Source of the DNA: Gemmatimonadaceae bacterium | GTDB lineage: Bacteria > Gemmatimonadota > Gemmatimonadetes > Gemmatimonadales > Gemmatimonadaceae | Direction of reading: 5' to 3' | Assembly: GCA_051859245.1 (NCBI GenBank) | Contig: JBHYGA010000005.1 | Coordinates: forward strand, 320,001 to 384,000 | DNA: 64,000 nucleotides | Shown here: positions 9,042 through 18,353 of the stretch, in pieces | How the letters are laid out: every line of letters starts with the position of its first letter | Position numbering within the stretch: position 1 is the stretch's first letter | Notes under the pieces: model-generated | The model's database searches: none | What the model was told of the DNA's origin: nothing | What the model saw: only the letters and a program-made list of their open reading frames with translations | Position numbers and translations under genes: made by a program

Positions 9042-12000
9042 ATGCCATCGCGTCGACCGAATCCACCAAACGATGACTCGTCCGTTGCTGGTGAGTCGTC
9101 AACAAGCGCCGCTGCAACTGCCGCCGCAGTTGCGCGACCAAAGCCTCAGCCCGAGATGTTCGACGCGCCGATCTCTCGACGGTTTCTGCCGGGCTTTGAT
9201 GTCATCGATGCCGACGCGCGCGAACTGGCGGCGCTCTCCAAGGACGAACTCGCGCAACTGGTCGAGAGCAAGGCGTCTGACGTTACACACTTTCGTGTTG
9301 GACTGAGCGCACTACGCAAGCATGTACGTGTTGCACACGAACTGATCCCCGAAATTCGATTGTTGCCGACGCAGCTGCGTGGTCTGTTGGTCAACGCCGA
9401 CGGTTCAGCCGCTGCACGTGTGAGTGTGCAGCCCATGATACCAGGCGGCACGCAACCGCTCGGACGCGCCGCGTTGACCGACGAGCTCGGTGTATTCACC
9501 GTGCCACTTCCCGAAACGGGCGATGTGCAGCGTCGACAGTTGTTGGCGGATGGTCTCAGCTTGCGCGTGACCGGCGGCGAAGCACGTGTCGCTACGGTGA
9601 ACGTCACGATTCCGCGTCGCGGACGGCAGGCACTCGGTGAGCTGCGCTTGAGCACAACACTGGCGCCGCTTCCGCGCAGCATTATCAGTGCCTTGGTGGA
9701 TCTGGTCGAAGACTTGCCCGCTGTCACGGCGCAGCCTGGGCTCACCAACGGGTCGCAAGAACCGGTGCGCATCCAGATTGGTCAGGATGCATGCAACATT
9801 CAGTTCGAAGAAGATGCGCACGTGCGACGCTTTCCGTACCGCACGCTGATTCGATTGGTGGAACCGCGTACCACCACCGTGAATAGAGTGATCGTGTTTC
9901 CGCCGCGTCCGGGCCTGGCAGGCACGCCAGCGGCGACCACCTCACTGATGATGCCGGTGTTCAATACGAATCTCCCGTCGCTGTTAAACCGTACCACCAC
10001 GCGTTTTGTGGAGCGCGTCCCGATCGACAAACCGGTGAGTGTCGACGGCTTCCGGGATCAGTTGATCGGTGTGACCAATAACACGATCGGTGCGCAGCGT
10101 TCGGTGCCAATGGCCGGCACGTTGGGGCTCGGATACGTGCTGAATCTGGCGCAGGTGTGGAAGTACGATGGGCTCACACTCGGCAACTTGTTGTACTCGC
10201 TCCCGCTCGCCCCTGGTGAACAGCAGCGTATCGTGGTGTCCGAGCGTCGGGCGACTGCCTCGGTGCGCGATCAGGAGCAGCTGAGCATGTTCGAGCAACA
10301 GTTCGCGTCCATGCAGGAGGATGCGTCCACCTCTGCCGTGTTCAACTCTGCGTTTAACGAGCGAGTGCGTGCCAGCACGTCGCAAAGCGGCGAGGCCAGC
10401 TCACCTGGTGGCGGAATCGGCGGACTTCTCGGCGCTGTGGCTGGTGGTATTGTGGGCTTTGTAGCCGGAGGCCCTGCAGGTGCGCTTGCCCTGGGGACGG
10501 CGGGTGGTGCGATTGGCGCGTCGGTGGGAGCCAGCATTGGTGGTATCGGCAGCGAGGGCACATCGCGCAGTTCACTCAGTGGCGCGCGTAGTTTCACATC
10601 GCGAGCCGCCGAAGACATGCATCGTTCGGTGGAGAGCCAGGCGTCCGCGCGTCGCTCCGCGAGCCGTACTGCGATTCGTCTGGCAACGACCAGCGAGTCG
10701 GAGTCGGTGACAACGAAAGTGATCACCAATCACAACAAAATGCACGCGCTCACCATTCAGTACTGGGAGGTGCTGCGCAAGTTTGTATCGACCACGGAAG
10801 TCGAAGGCTGCACGCTTGTCTGTTTTGTCCCGCTGGATCTGGTGCGCTTTTTACCCGTTGGACAGCCGCTGGCGCTCACATCGGAAGCGACGGTGGATAC
10901 ACGCGCCAAGGTGATGATTCGATTCTCGATGCTGCAGCGACACGCGGATGCCATCCGTCCGTGGTTGCCACTGCGTCACCGCGAAGGGCTGCGTTTGCTG
11001 GAAGATTTTGCCGCCAACTCGCGCGCAAGCATCAACCTCGCCGGTCCATCGAGCAACACGCTCAACTTCAGACTCTCCGGTCGCTGGTTGCCGTTCGAAC
11101 GTGTGACCGTGCAAGCGATTCTGCGCGACGGGCGAAGGCTGCGCCCGGTGCAACTTGTCTCATCGCTGGCGGCGCTTGACCAGAAGCAGTTCGGAACAAA
11201 AACGGAACTGATTGCAGAACTGGTGAGGCGGCGTGAAGAAGACGCGATCACCATGAACGGCAAACTGCTGCTCCCGCAAACGACCGATCCGAGCGATGTA
11301 GTGGCGTTCGAGCTGACGCGCGCCTTCGACACGCTCAACTATGAGTTCGATCTGGAGAAGATCCCGGAGTATGTGACGATTCAAGCGTTTAATGCGACCG
11401 GGATTGCCAAGTTCGATGTCTCCAAGTTCGAGACGTCAGTCCGCATGCGTCCGGCGGAACTCGAGGAAGTGCTTCGCGGCCCTGATGTATGGGACTTCCG
11501 CGCTACGCTGAACGGTGTGTCTGACAACATCGCTGCCGATGACATTGGCAATCCGTATCCTTTCCCGCCGAGTGGGATAGCCATTCCGGCAGTGGAGAGC
11601 GATCCCGTGCTCGGATTCCGCGATGTCATGAAAATCGAGCGCACACTGCAACATGTGGTGCGCAACACACTGGCCTATTCCAAGGCGGTGTGGATGAGTC
11701 TCACGGCCGAAGAGCGCATCGTGATGCTGGAAGGCTTCACGATTGGACTTCCGGACGCCGGTTTGGACGCCGATGGCCTGACTGATCCAAGTCAGCACGT
11801 GCCTTTACTGAACTGTGTGGCCAATCAAGTGCTTGGCTACTACGGCAACTGCATGATTCTCCCGTTCAGCATTCCAGCGACATTGGCGGTGATGTTGAAC
11901 CGGGATAGTGCGGACACCACCGGCGCGACGGACGATGAGTCTGCGCCCCTCACCACCGCTGCGGTGCAGGATGCGTTGGCTGAGTTTCATCGTGAAGGAT

Positions 12001-12722
12001 TCGCACCGCCGGAGTCGCGCTTCACGCTTCCCACGCGAGGGGTGCTTGGCGAAGCGGTACTCGGGCACTGCGCTGCGGCGGAAAAGATCGATCTCACGCG
12101 GTTCTGGAACTGGCAGGACTCACCGGCGCCGGAAGCAACGGCGATCGAGAATGTGGGACTGCGCGGTGGTGGCGTGTCTGGTCTGAGCGCGCCAACATCG
12201 CTGACTACAGTTCCGCAGATCGTGAACTCAATTGGCGAGGGCACGGCAATTGGTGCATTGGCACAGGCGCTGGCGGCCAAGGGGGGAGATGCGACGCCAT
12301 TCTCCGCCGACTTCGTGACCAAGAATATCGAAGCGGCCACGGGCGCTCGCAGCGGCGCGCTCGCCGCACTTATGCAGTTGTCAAAAGACGCGATGAACAC
12401 GGGCGTCGAACTCGCCAAGGTGCAGAGCGGTGCCGACAAAGCAAAAGCGGAGGCGGAGAAAGGCACGAAGCTCGACGCTGCCGTGAAAGACTTGAAAGAC
12501 AACGCGGCCTCATATCTCGGCGGAGCCGCGCAAGCGGCCACCACAGGCGGCGACACAGCCGCCGGCGTTTTCGCCGCTGCCAAGATTCTCACGCTGACTG
12601 GCGGTGCCGAAATTCCAAAGGAGAAAGCCGAAACACTGCGCGCCGCATTCGACAAGATTGAAGGCGGCAACCGTACGCTGGCCAGCACGGCGTGGCTGAC
12701 CGCGCTCAAACTCATTCCGTAA
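9042..12722 (+). CDS. Large uncharacterised protein (~1226 aa) with Gly-zipper hydrophobic hairpin in Ser/Thr-rich region; candidate pore-forming/oligomeric protein
   Basis: Long ORF with GAGGGG RBS at 9029-9034; motifs LGNLLYSLPLAPGE, TNHNKMHALTIQYWEVLR, LPTRGVLGEAVLGHC, RFWNWQDSP; no signal peptide. Confidence 0.85.
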   Translation: MPSRRPNPPNDDSSVAGESSTSAAATAAAVARPKPQPEMFDAPISRRFLPGFDVIDADARELAALSKDELAQLVESKASDVTHFRVGLSALRKHVRVAHELIPEIRLLPTQLRGLLVNADGSAAARVSVQPMIPGGTQPLGRAALTDELGVFTVPLPETGDVQRRQLLADGLSLRVTGGEARVATVNVTIPRRGRQALGELRLSTTLAPLPRSIISALVDLVEDLPAVTAQPGLTNGSQEPVRIQIGQDACNIQFEEDAHVRRFPYRTLIRLVEPRTTTVNRVIVFPPRPGLAGTPAATTSLMMPVFNTNLPSLLNRTTTRFVERVPIDKPVSVDGFRDQLIGVTNNTIGAQRSVPMAGTLGLGYVLNLAQVWKYDGLTLGNLLYSLPLAPGEQQRIVVSERRATASVRDQEQLSMFEQQFASMQEDASTSAVFNSAFNERVRASTSQSGEASSPGGGIGGLLGAVAGGIVGFVAGGPAGALALGTAGGAIGASVGASIGGIGSEGTSRSSLSGARSFTSRAAEDMHRSVESQASARRSASRTAIRLATTSESESVTTKVITNHNKMHALTIQYWEVLRKFVSTTEVEGCTLVCFVPLDLVRFLPVGQPLALTSEATVDTRAKVMIRFSMLQRHADAIRPWLPLRHREGLRLLEDFAANSRASINLAGPSSNTLNFRLSGRWLPFERVTVQAILRDGRRLRPVQLVSSLAALDQKQFGTKTELIAELVRRREEDAITMNGKLLLPQTTDPSDVVAFELTRAFDTLNYEFDLEKIPEYVTIQAFNATGIAKFDVSKFETSVRMRPAELEEVLRGPDVWDFRATLNGVSDNIAADDIGNPYPFPPSGIAIPAVESDPVLGFRDVMKIERTLQHVVRNTLAYSKAVWMSLTAEERIVMLEGFTIGLPDAGLDADGLTDPSQHVPLLNCVANQVLGYYGNCMILPFSIPATLAVMLNRDSADTTGATDDESAPLTTAAVQDALAEFHREGFAPPESRFTLPTRGVLGEAVLGHCAAAEKIDLTRFWNWQDSPAPEATAIENVGLRGGGVSGLSAPTSLTTVPQIVNSIGEGTAIGALAQALAAKGGDATPFSADFVTKNIEAATGARSGALAALMQLSKDAMNTGVELAKVQSGADKAKAEAEKGTKLDAAVKDLKDNAASYLGGAAQAATTGGDTAAGVFAAAKILTLTGGAEIPKEKAETLRAAFDKIEGGNRTLASTAWLTALKLIP

Positions 12723-12740
12723 CGAGGCGTCGAGACCATC

Positions 12741-13718
12741 ATGGAACCGAACAATCCGCAGTTTGTCGACGCACTCGTTGAGCTCATTCGCTCCGGTGTG
12801 CGACCCGATGTCCTCGAGGCACAGCGCGTGTTGCTGCAGCGGTTGTCAACGCAAGGTGATGTGTTTCCATCGAGACTTCCAGCGCCGCTGAACATCACCG
12901 AAGTGGGCGGCTATCTGAATCTGCTTGAACGTGCGGGGTACTCCGATCTTCGTACATCGGCGATCACCAGTGCCATTGGCATTGCGGGACCCGCGATTGG
13001 TGGCGAGGCGCTCGCCGGTGTCGTGCCGGTGGGATTTGTGCAGGTCGCGAACGATCGGCCCGCCGGACCGGCACAGCCATCCATACCGCCGTTGCTATCC
13101 GTGCGCGCAGATTTTCATGCGCCACTCATGGCGGCGCTCGATTCGCTTCGGGCGCTCGGCTGCGCGTTACCACTTCGCGCACCGAGGGCAGTGTTGCCCG
13201 CGAGCATGCCGGGCGCGACAGCGGCCGCGCTAGACGATACGCAGGTCATGGCGGCGTTGGGCCGAACGATGGACGTATTCCCTGGCACGGTGCTGGTGGA
13301 TCCGTCGGTCGATGCCGTCGCGATTGCGCGTCCGTCGTCGCCACCGTCGGAACCGTTCAGACTGGTGCTGCGTGAACTTGATGGCGGTGCGCTGGTTCCC
13401 GAAGCAAGCTGGGAATCAATGCGCGCATCAAGCACCACTGCGGTGACTGACGCAGCGGTGTTGTCGCGCTTTGTAGAGGTTGCGCCGGTACTGGCCGCAG
13501 CCGGCTGGGAACAGCCGCAGCCCGTGGTGCTGCCTACATCACGTACTGCGCGTGGCACCTTGGTCCAGTTCGGGAACACGACTGGTCTGGTATCAGGGGA
13601 AACAACCTTGGGCGACGAGTTGTCATTGTTGTATACGCCGGTCGCCGTCGCGCGCTCTGCGCTGGCGAACTTCGCGGCCGCGGTGTGGGACGGCACGCGA
13701 TTTGTGCCCCCGTCTTAG
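12741..13718 (+). CDS. Uncharacterised protein, partner of the upstream large protein
   Basis: 18-nt gap with GAGG RBS; 325 aa; conserved-looking N-terminus LLQRL..QGDV.PSR.PAP.NITEVGGYLNLL. Confidence 0.8.
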   Translation: MEPNNPQFVDALVELIRSGVRPDVLEAQRVLLQRLSTQGDVFPSRLPAPLNITEVGGYLNLLERAGYSDLRTSAITSAIGIAGPAIGGEALAGVVPVGFVQVANDRPAGPAQPSIPPLLSVRADFHAPLMAALDSLRALGCALPLRAPRAVLPASMPGATAAALDDTQVMAALGRTMDVFPGTVLVDPSVDAVAIARPSSPPSEPFRLVLRELDGGALVPEASWESMRASSTTAVTDAAVLSRFVEVAPVLAAAGWEQPQPVVLPTSRTARGTLVQFGNTTGLVSGETTLGDELSLLYTPVAVARSALANFAAAVWDGTRFVPPS

Positions 13719-13728
13719 TTCGTTCGGC

Positions 13729-13794
13729 GCGTATGACACTCGTGCGAGGCGGAGCGCCTGGCGGCTCCTGCCTCGCACGTTGTGTGTCGTGCGT
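13729..13794 (+). terminator. Long GC-rich stem-loop after the two-gene unit
   Basis: CGTGCGAGGC (13741-50) pairs with GCCTCGCACG (13770-79); inner GGAGC/GCTCC; outer GACAC/GTGTC; only an imperfect U-tract. Confidence 0.55.
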
Positions 13795-13884
13795 TGCGTG
13801 TCTTCTGCGCATCCATCCTACCGAACCTTGTGTTCGGTCACTGGATTCGCGGGACCACGCACAACCTACGGGGAGGACGCAGCC

Positions 13885-15135
13885 ATGACGTACGGATATT
13901 CCACACCCAGTTCCCATTCACCCCACGCACGGATTCTCAAACGCGCGTTCACAGCGGTTACTGCGGTCACGGTACTGGCTGCCTGCGACGCAACCGAGCC
14001 CAGTGCGGTTCTCGCACCGCAAGCGTCGGAACCCACGGTATCAACGAGTACCGTTTCGGAACAAAGCACACCGGTGACCATCGTGTGGAATCGTGAATCA
14101 CGTGAGCTGGTCAAGAAGTACGCAACCGGCGCTGCGCCTGCCATGCGAGTGTACGCGCTCGTTTCAATTGCGCAGTACAACGCCCTTGTGGCTGCAGACG
14201 ACGCCAAGGCGCCTCGCAAACGTCCATCGGCACGAGCCGCCATCGCGGCGGCTTCAACCGGCGTGCTGTCGTACTTGTATCCTGCAGAAGCCACGTTGCT
14301 TGAACAGAAGTTCGCACAGTTCAAAGCCACGCTGAACGAGCCTCCGCGAATGAACATGTCCGCCGGCGAAGTAATTGGGCGCGGCATTGCCGCGCAACTC
14401 ATCGCGCGCGCGCAACAGGACAATTTTTTCAAACCGTTCACTGGTGTCATTCCCACAGGACCTGGATTCTGGCAAGCGAATCCGACGCCACCTGCGTTCG
14501 CAACACTCGGGCAAGCCAAAACATTCGTGCTGGCGAGCGGCGATCAGTTTCGGCCGGTTGCACCGCCCGCGTATGGCTCGCCTGCATTCCTGAAGGATCT
14601 CACCGAAGTGCGCACGATCTCTGACGCTCGAACGCCTGCGCAGGATAGCATTGCGAAGTTCTGGTCGCTGCAGGGCGGTACCGTGACACCTCTGGGACAG
14701 TGGAATGTCATCGCGGATTCACTGGCGATGCGCGATCAACTTGATGAGCGTCGCACGGCACGCACGTTCGCGCTCCTGAACATCGCCGGTTTTGACGGAC
14801 TGATTACGAGTCACGATGCAAAATACGTGTACTGGCTGATTCGGCCGTCGCAGGCTGATCCGGAAATCACGTTGCCGATCGCGCTTCCCAGCTTCCCGAG
14901 CTATCCGTCCAATCATGCGCTCATTTCTGCTGCCGCGGCCGTGGTGCTTGGCAAGCAGTTCCCTGCGGACCGCAAGGCGCTCATGGTCCTGGCCGAAGAA
15001 GCGGCGATCTCACGCGTGTACGGCGGCATTCACTATCGATTCGACGCCACGGTTGGCGTAGACATGGGGAAGCGCGTGGGAATGTACGTGCTGTCCAGAG
15101 CACCCAAGGGTAATCGCGCCATCTCACTGCGATAG
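13885..15135 (+). CDS. Vanadium-dependent haloperoxidase / PAP2-superfamily lipoprotein
   Basis: K-x6-RP (KYVYWLIRP), PSYPSNH, SRVYGGIHYRFD; lipobox VLAAC; GGGAGG RBS. Confidence 0.85.
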   Translation: MTYGYSTPSSHSPHARILKRAFTAVTAVTVLAACDATEPSAVLAPQASEPTVSTSTVSEQSTPVTIVWNRESRELVKKYATGAAPAMRVYALVSIAQYNALVAADDAKAPRKRPSARAAIAAASTGVLSYLYPAEATLLEQKFAQFKATLNEPPRMNMSAGEVIGRGIAAQLIARAQQDNFFKPFTGVIPTGPGFWQANPTPPAFATLGQAKTFVLASGDQFRPVAPPAYGSPAFLKDLTEVRTISDARTPAQDSIAKFWSLQGGTVTPLGQWNVIADSLAMRDQLDERRTARTFALLNIAGFDGLITSHDAKYVYWLIRPSQADPEITLPIALPSFPSYPSNHALISAAAAVVLGKQFPADRKALMVLAEEAAISRVYGGIHYRFDATVGVDMGKRVGMYVLSRAPKGNRAISLR

Positions 15136-15166
15136 CTCGGCCACAGCGCACGGCGCGCGTGGGCGT

Positions 15167-17254
15167 TTACACCGCCCGCGCGCCTGCGGCCGCCCCAAGC
15201 GCGACGCGTACGTCACGCGCATAGAACTCCTGTGCCGACGCGCCGTTCCCACCGCGGTGGTCATACGTACCGTCAGCGTGAAGATCCCAGGCCGCCGCGT
15301 CATCGGCGTAGCGATCAAGCAACTCGTCGAGCGTTTGCTGTGCCTTAGCATCACGCACTCTCACGAGCAATTCCACACGACGTCGCAGGTTTCGTGGACG
15401 CAAATCAGACGATCCGATCCAGTACTCGGGCGCGCCGTCGTTTTCAAAGCGGTAGACTCGGGAATGCTCCAGATACCGTCCGGCCACCGACACAATGCGA
15501 AAGCGTGCCGGCGTATCAGACGGTAGCGGTGCAAGAATGCAAATACCACGCACCAGCAACGTGACGCGAACACCGGCGTCGGCAGCGCGGCGAATGGCGT
15601 GCGCCATTTCGTGATCGGCCAGCGCGTTCATCTTGAAGTCGAGGCGTGCCGCGCGACCAGCGCGGGCGTGCTCGGCTTCTCGCGCAATGCGGGCCAGCAA
15701 CGCGTCGCGCAGCTGATGCGGCGCGACGAGCGCGTCACCGGTGAGCGGCGCCGGCGCCTCGGGCACGCCGGTCAGCGCACCAGAGAGCGATGCGAAAAAC
15801 GTGCGCAGGTCATCGGTCACGCTGGCGCGCGCGGTGAAGAGGCTCACATCGGTGTACTGTCGGCCGCTGCGACTGTTGTAGTTCCCTGAGCCAACATGCG
15901 CGTAGGCGCGTTCTCCATCGGATTCGCTGCGCACAATCAACGCGGCCTTGGCATGTACCTTCAACCCCGGCAAACCGTACACCACACGTCCGCCGGCCCG
16001 TTCGATCGCCCGCGCCCAGTTCACGTTATGCTCTTCATCAAATCGGGCCTGCAGCTCGACGAGCGCAAACACCGATTTCCCGCTCTGCGCGGCGCGCACC
16101 AATGCTTCCGCAATGCGGGATGGTGTGCCCACGCGATACAACGTCACACTGATCGCCGTCACTGCATCGTCCAGCGCCGCCTCTTCAAAGAGACGAGACA
16201 CTGACTCGTCAAAACTGTCGAACGGATGATGGAGCAACAGATCGCGTTCGCGCATGGCGTCGAGCATGCGTTCGGAACGAGCCACAACAACACGTCCGTT
16301 GAATGGCTCGTATTCAAGTTCGCCGCCGCGTGGCAACGGCAGGTGCGCAAGGCAGCGTAAGTCGAGCAGGCCATCAACACGCTGCACATCGGTGACCGTG
16401 AGCTCGAGATCGCGTCCCACAGCGTCGCGTCGTAACGTGTCGAGAATGAGCGCGCTCGCGTGGGCGGGCATGTCGCGTTCGACTTCCACGCGTACCGCCG
16501 GATTCAGTGGGCGCAGCGCCGTGGCGCGCTCGACCGCGCCGAGCAGATCAATGGCCGGATCATCGTCAATACGCAAATCACCACCGCGCGTGACCCGAAA
16601 CAGATGCGCGCTCTCGACGAGCACATCCGGATACATCGTCACGATATTTGCACGCAATACTTCTTCAACGGGAATCACGTCCGTCGAGCTCGCGGGCACG
16701 CGCAGCATGCGGGGGACATCGGCTGGCAACTCATGCTCGGCGAGCCGCAGGCGCGAGTCGGTGTGTTCACGGTACACGACAGCCAGCGACAGACCCAGGT
16801 GCGGCAAGTGCGGAAGCGGGTGTCCCGGACTGTATGTAATGGCGTGAGAGCGCAGTGCTGGTTGAATCTCGCGCTCAAACTGGGCGCGAAGCGCGGTCTG
16901 TTGCTCGGCCGTTAACGAACTCCATCGCCGTACCTGCACACCGTACGCTTCGGCCGCACGCAAGCAGACGTCGGCCACTCGCCAGTGCTCGTGCATGAGG
17001 GCCCGCACCGTGGCTTCCACCAGCTCCAGCTTGGCGCGCGCTGGTCCGTCGCCCGCTTCTTCAACGGCGCCGCGTCGGAGCTCCGCCATGCGCAGCATGT
17101 ACAGCTCGTCGATGTTGCTGGTCACAATGCCGAGAAACCGGAGTCGCTCGAGCAGCGGCACGCGTGGGTCGTCGCTGAGCGCCAGGACGCGGCGCTGAAA
17201 CGCCAACAGGCTGAGTTCCGGGTCGAGCAACGTGGAGGGTTCGGTTCCGAGCAT
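15167..17254 (-). CDS. ppk1: Polyphosphate kinase 1
   Basis: ELS.L.F..RVL, PLLERLRFL, LLHHPFDSF, TLYR, VEL.ARFDEE.N..WA, LKVHAK, GNYN, RYLEHSR, RNL.RRVE. Confidence 0.93.
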   Translation of the reverse strand: MLGTEPSTLLDPELSLLAFQRRVLALSDDPRVPLLERLRFLGIVTSNIDELYMLRMAELRRGAVEEAGDGPARAKLELVEATVRALMHEHWRVADVCLRAAEAYGVQVRRWSSLTAEQQTALRAQFEREIQPALRSHAITYSPGHPLPHLPHLGLSLAVVYREHTDSRLRLAEHELPADVPRMLRVPASSTDVIPVEEVLRANIVTMYPDVLVESAHLFRVTRGGDLRIDDDPAIDLLGAVERATALRPLNPAVRVEVERDMPAHASALILDTLRRDAVGRDLELTVTDVQRVDGLLDLRCLAHLPLPRGGELEYEPFNGRVVVARSERMLDAMRERDLLLHHPFDSFDESVSRLFEEAALDDAVTAISVTLYRVGTPSRIAEALVRAAQSGKSVFALVELQARFDEEHNVNWARAIERAGGRVVYGLPGLKVHAKAALIVRSESDGERAYAHVGSGNYNSRSGRQYTDVSLFTARASVTDDLRTFFASLSGALTGVPEAPAPLTGDALVAPHQLRDALLARIAREAEHARAGRAARLDFKMNALADHEMAHAIRRAADAGVRVTLLVRGICILAPLPSDTPARFRIVSVAGRYLEHSRVYRFENDGAPEYWIGSSDLRPRNLRRRVELLVRVRDAKAQQTLDELLDRYADDAAAWDLHADGTYDHRGGNGASAQEFYARDVRVALGAAAGARAV

Positions 17255-17363
17255 GCTCAAACTTATCCTCGCGCCGGATTTGTCGGGCGCCCGCGTGACA
17301 GGCAGCGTTGGTCGACCCCGCCATTACCCTGCGAGCGGAGTGATCGCCCACTAGTTTTGGGGC

Positions 17364-17846
17364 ATGGCTAACCTCTCTCCCTACCGGTCTCTCCCCGCGG
17401 CAAAGCGCGTGGCACTTGTCGCGCACGCGATCACGAATCACAAGGATGTGCGCGCGAAGTTTGCGCAGCGCCTCGCGTCACGCGGTGGTGGATTTCGCGC
17501 GTCTGCCGTGCAGACGTGGCCCGTTGATCGTTTGTCCAAAGAAGTCGTGCGACTCAACGCAGAAAATGCGACCGACGAGCTCGAGCTCTTGCAGTTGTTG
17601 TACGTGGAACTCGAACCGGCGATTCAGATTGCGTTTCTCGAAGCGGCCGGTGTGAAGCACACCAACGGTGTGATCGAAGAAGAACTCGAGCCGCCGTTTG
17701 CCGACGCCGATGCAGTGGTGCGCGGCGTGCAGGCGGTGTACCCGGCGTTCGGTGAGGATGGCATGCGCTACCTGCACGCGCTGGTGCGCTACAGTGCCAA
17801 CGGGTGGCCTGGTATTGGCGAGCAGGTGAGCGCGCTGCGCGCGTAA
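17364..17846 (+). CDS. Conserved hypothetical protein
   Basis: 160-aa ORF divergent from ppk1 with host-like codon usage. Confidence 0.7.
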   Translation: MANLSPYRSLPAAKRVALVAHAITNHKDVRAKFAQRLASRGGGFRASAVQTWPVDRLSKEVVRLNAENATDELELLQLLYVELEPAIQIAFLEAAGVKHTNGVIEEELEPPFADADAVVRGVQAVYPAFGEDGMRYLHALVRYSANGWPGIGEQVSALRA

Positions 17847-17893
17847 GTTCGCCGCATACGAAACCTTACCCGAGCCAGCGCGTAGGATACCCC

Positions 17894-18244
17894 ATGAACT
17901 TTCTACTCTCCTGGCTCATCCTCGCGGTGAGCGTCTGGCTCACCGCCTATCTGCTCCCTGGCGTCAAGGTCAAGAGCTTTGGCAGCGCGATTCTGGTCGC
18001 CGCGATCTTCGGCGTGCTGAACGCCTTGCTCGGGTGGCTCTTCTTTACCGTCTTTACCATCGCTACGCTTGGCCTCGCCTGGCTGCTGGCGTTTATCACC
18101 CGGTGGATCATCGACGCGATCATGCTGTCCATCACCGCGTCCATCACCGACGCCATCACGATTGACGGCTTCCGCTGGTCGCTGATCGCCGCGCTGGTCA
18201 TGTCGATTCTGGGCACGCTCGGGCAGTACCTGTTCCTTCGCTGA
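17894..18244 (+). CDS. YvlD/DUF360-type 4-TM membrane protein ('phage holin family' superfamily IV)
   Basis: LPGVKVKSF.SA..VA.IFG.LN, T..TLGL, I.GF...L.AAL..S pattern. Confidence 0.85.
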   Translation: MNFLLSWLILAVSVWLTAYLLPGVKVKSFGSAILVAAIFGVLNALLGWLFFTVFTIATLGLAWLLAFITRWIIDAIMLSITASITDAITIDGFRWSLIAALVMSILGTLGQYLFLR

Positions 18245-18290
18245 TCGACCCGAAGAAAGACCGATCGCGCTGGCACGGTGTAGGATCAGG

Positions 18291-18320
18291 GGAGCGGCCG
18301 AGGTTGGCCGCTCCTCTCTG
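18291..18320 (+). terminator. Hairpin, probable terminator
   Basis: GGAGCGGCC...GGCCGCTCC followed by TCTCTG. Confidence 0.45.
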
Positions 18321-18353
18321 TATCGGCTCCCGAGACTGCTACACTTCCTGTAT

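Noticed and set aside
13820..13838. LexA/SOS box
   Set aside because: GAAC-N5-GTTC spacing does not fit the GAAC-N4-GTTC Cheo box, and the downstream gene is not a repair gene
13480..13884. Long N-terminal extensions in the ORF track (also 18928, 27253, 37462, 51910, 57960, 60747)
   Set aside because: They overlap neighbouring genes or terminators; downstream starts with RBS and signal peptides fit better
17894..18244. 'Phage holin family' gene as prophage evidence
   Set aside because: YvlD/DUF360 proteins are ordinary chromosomal membrane proteins; no phage genes, integrase or att sites nearby
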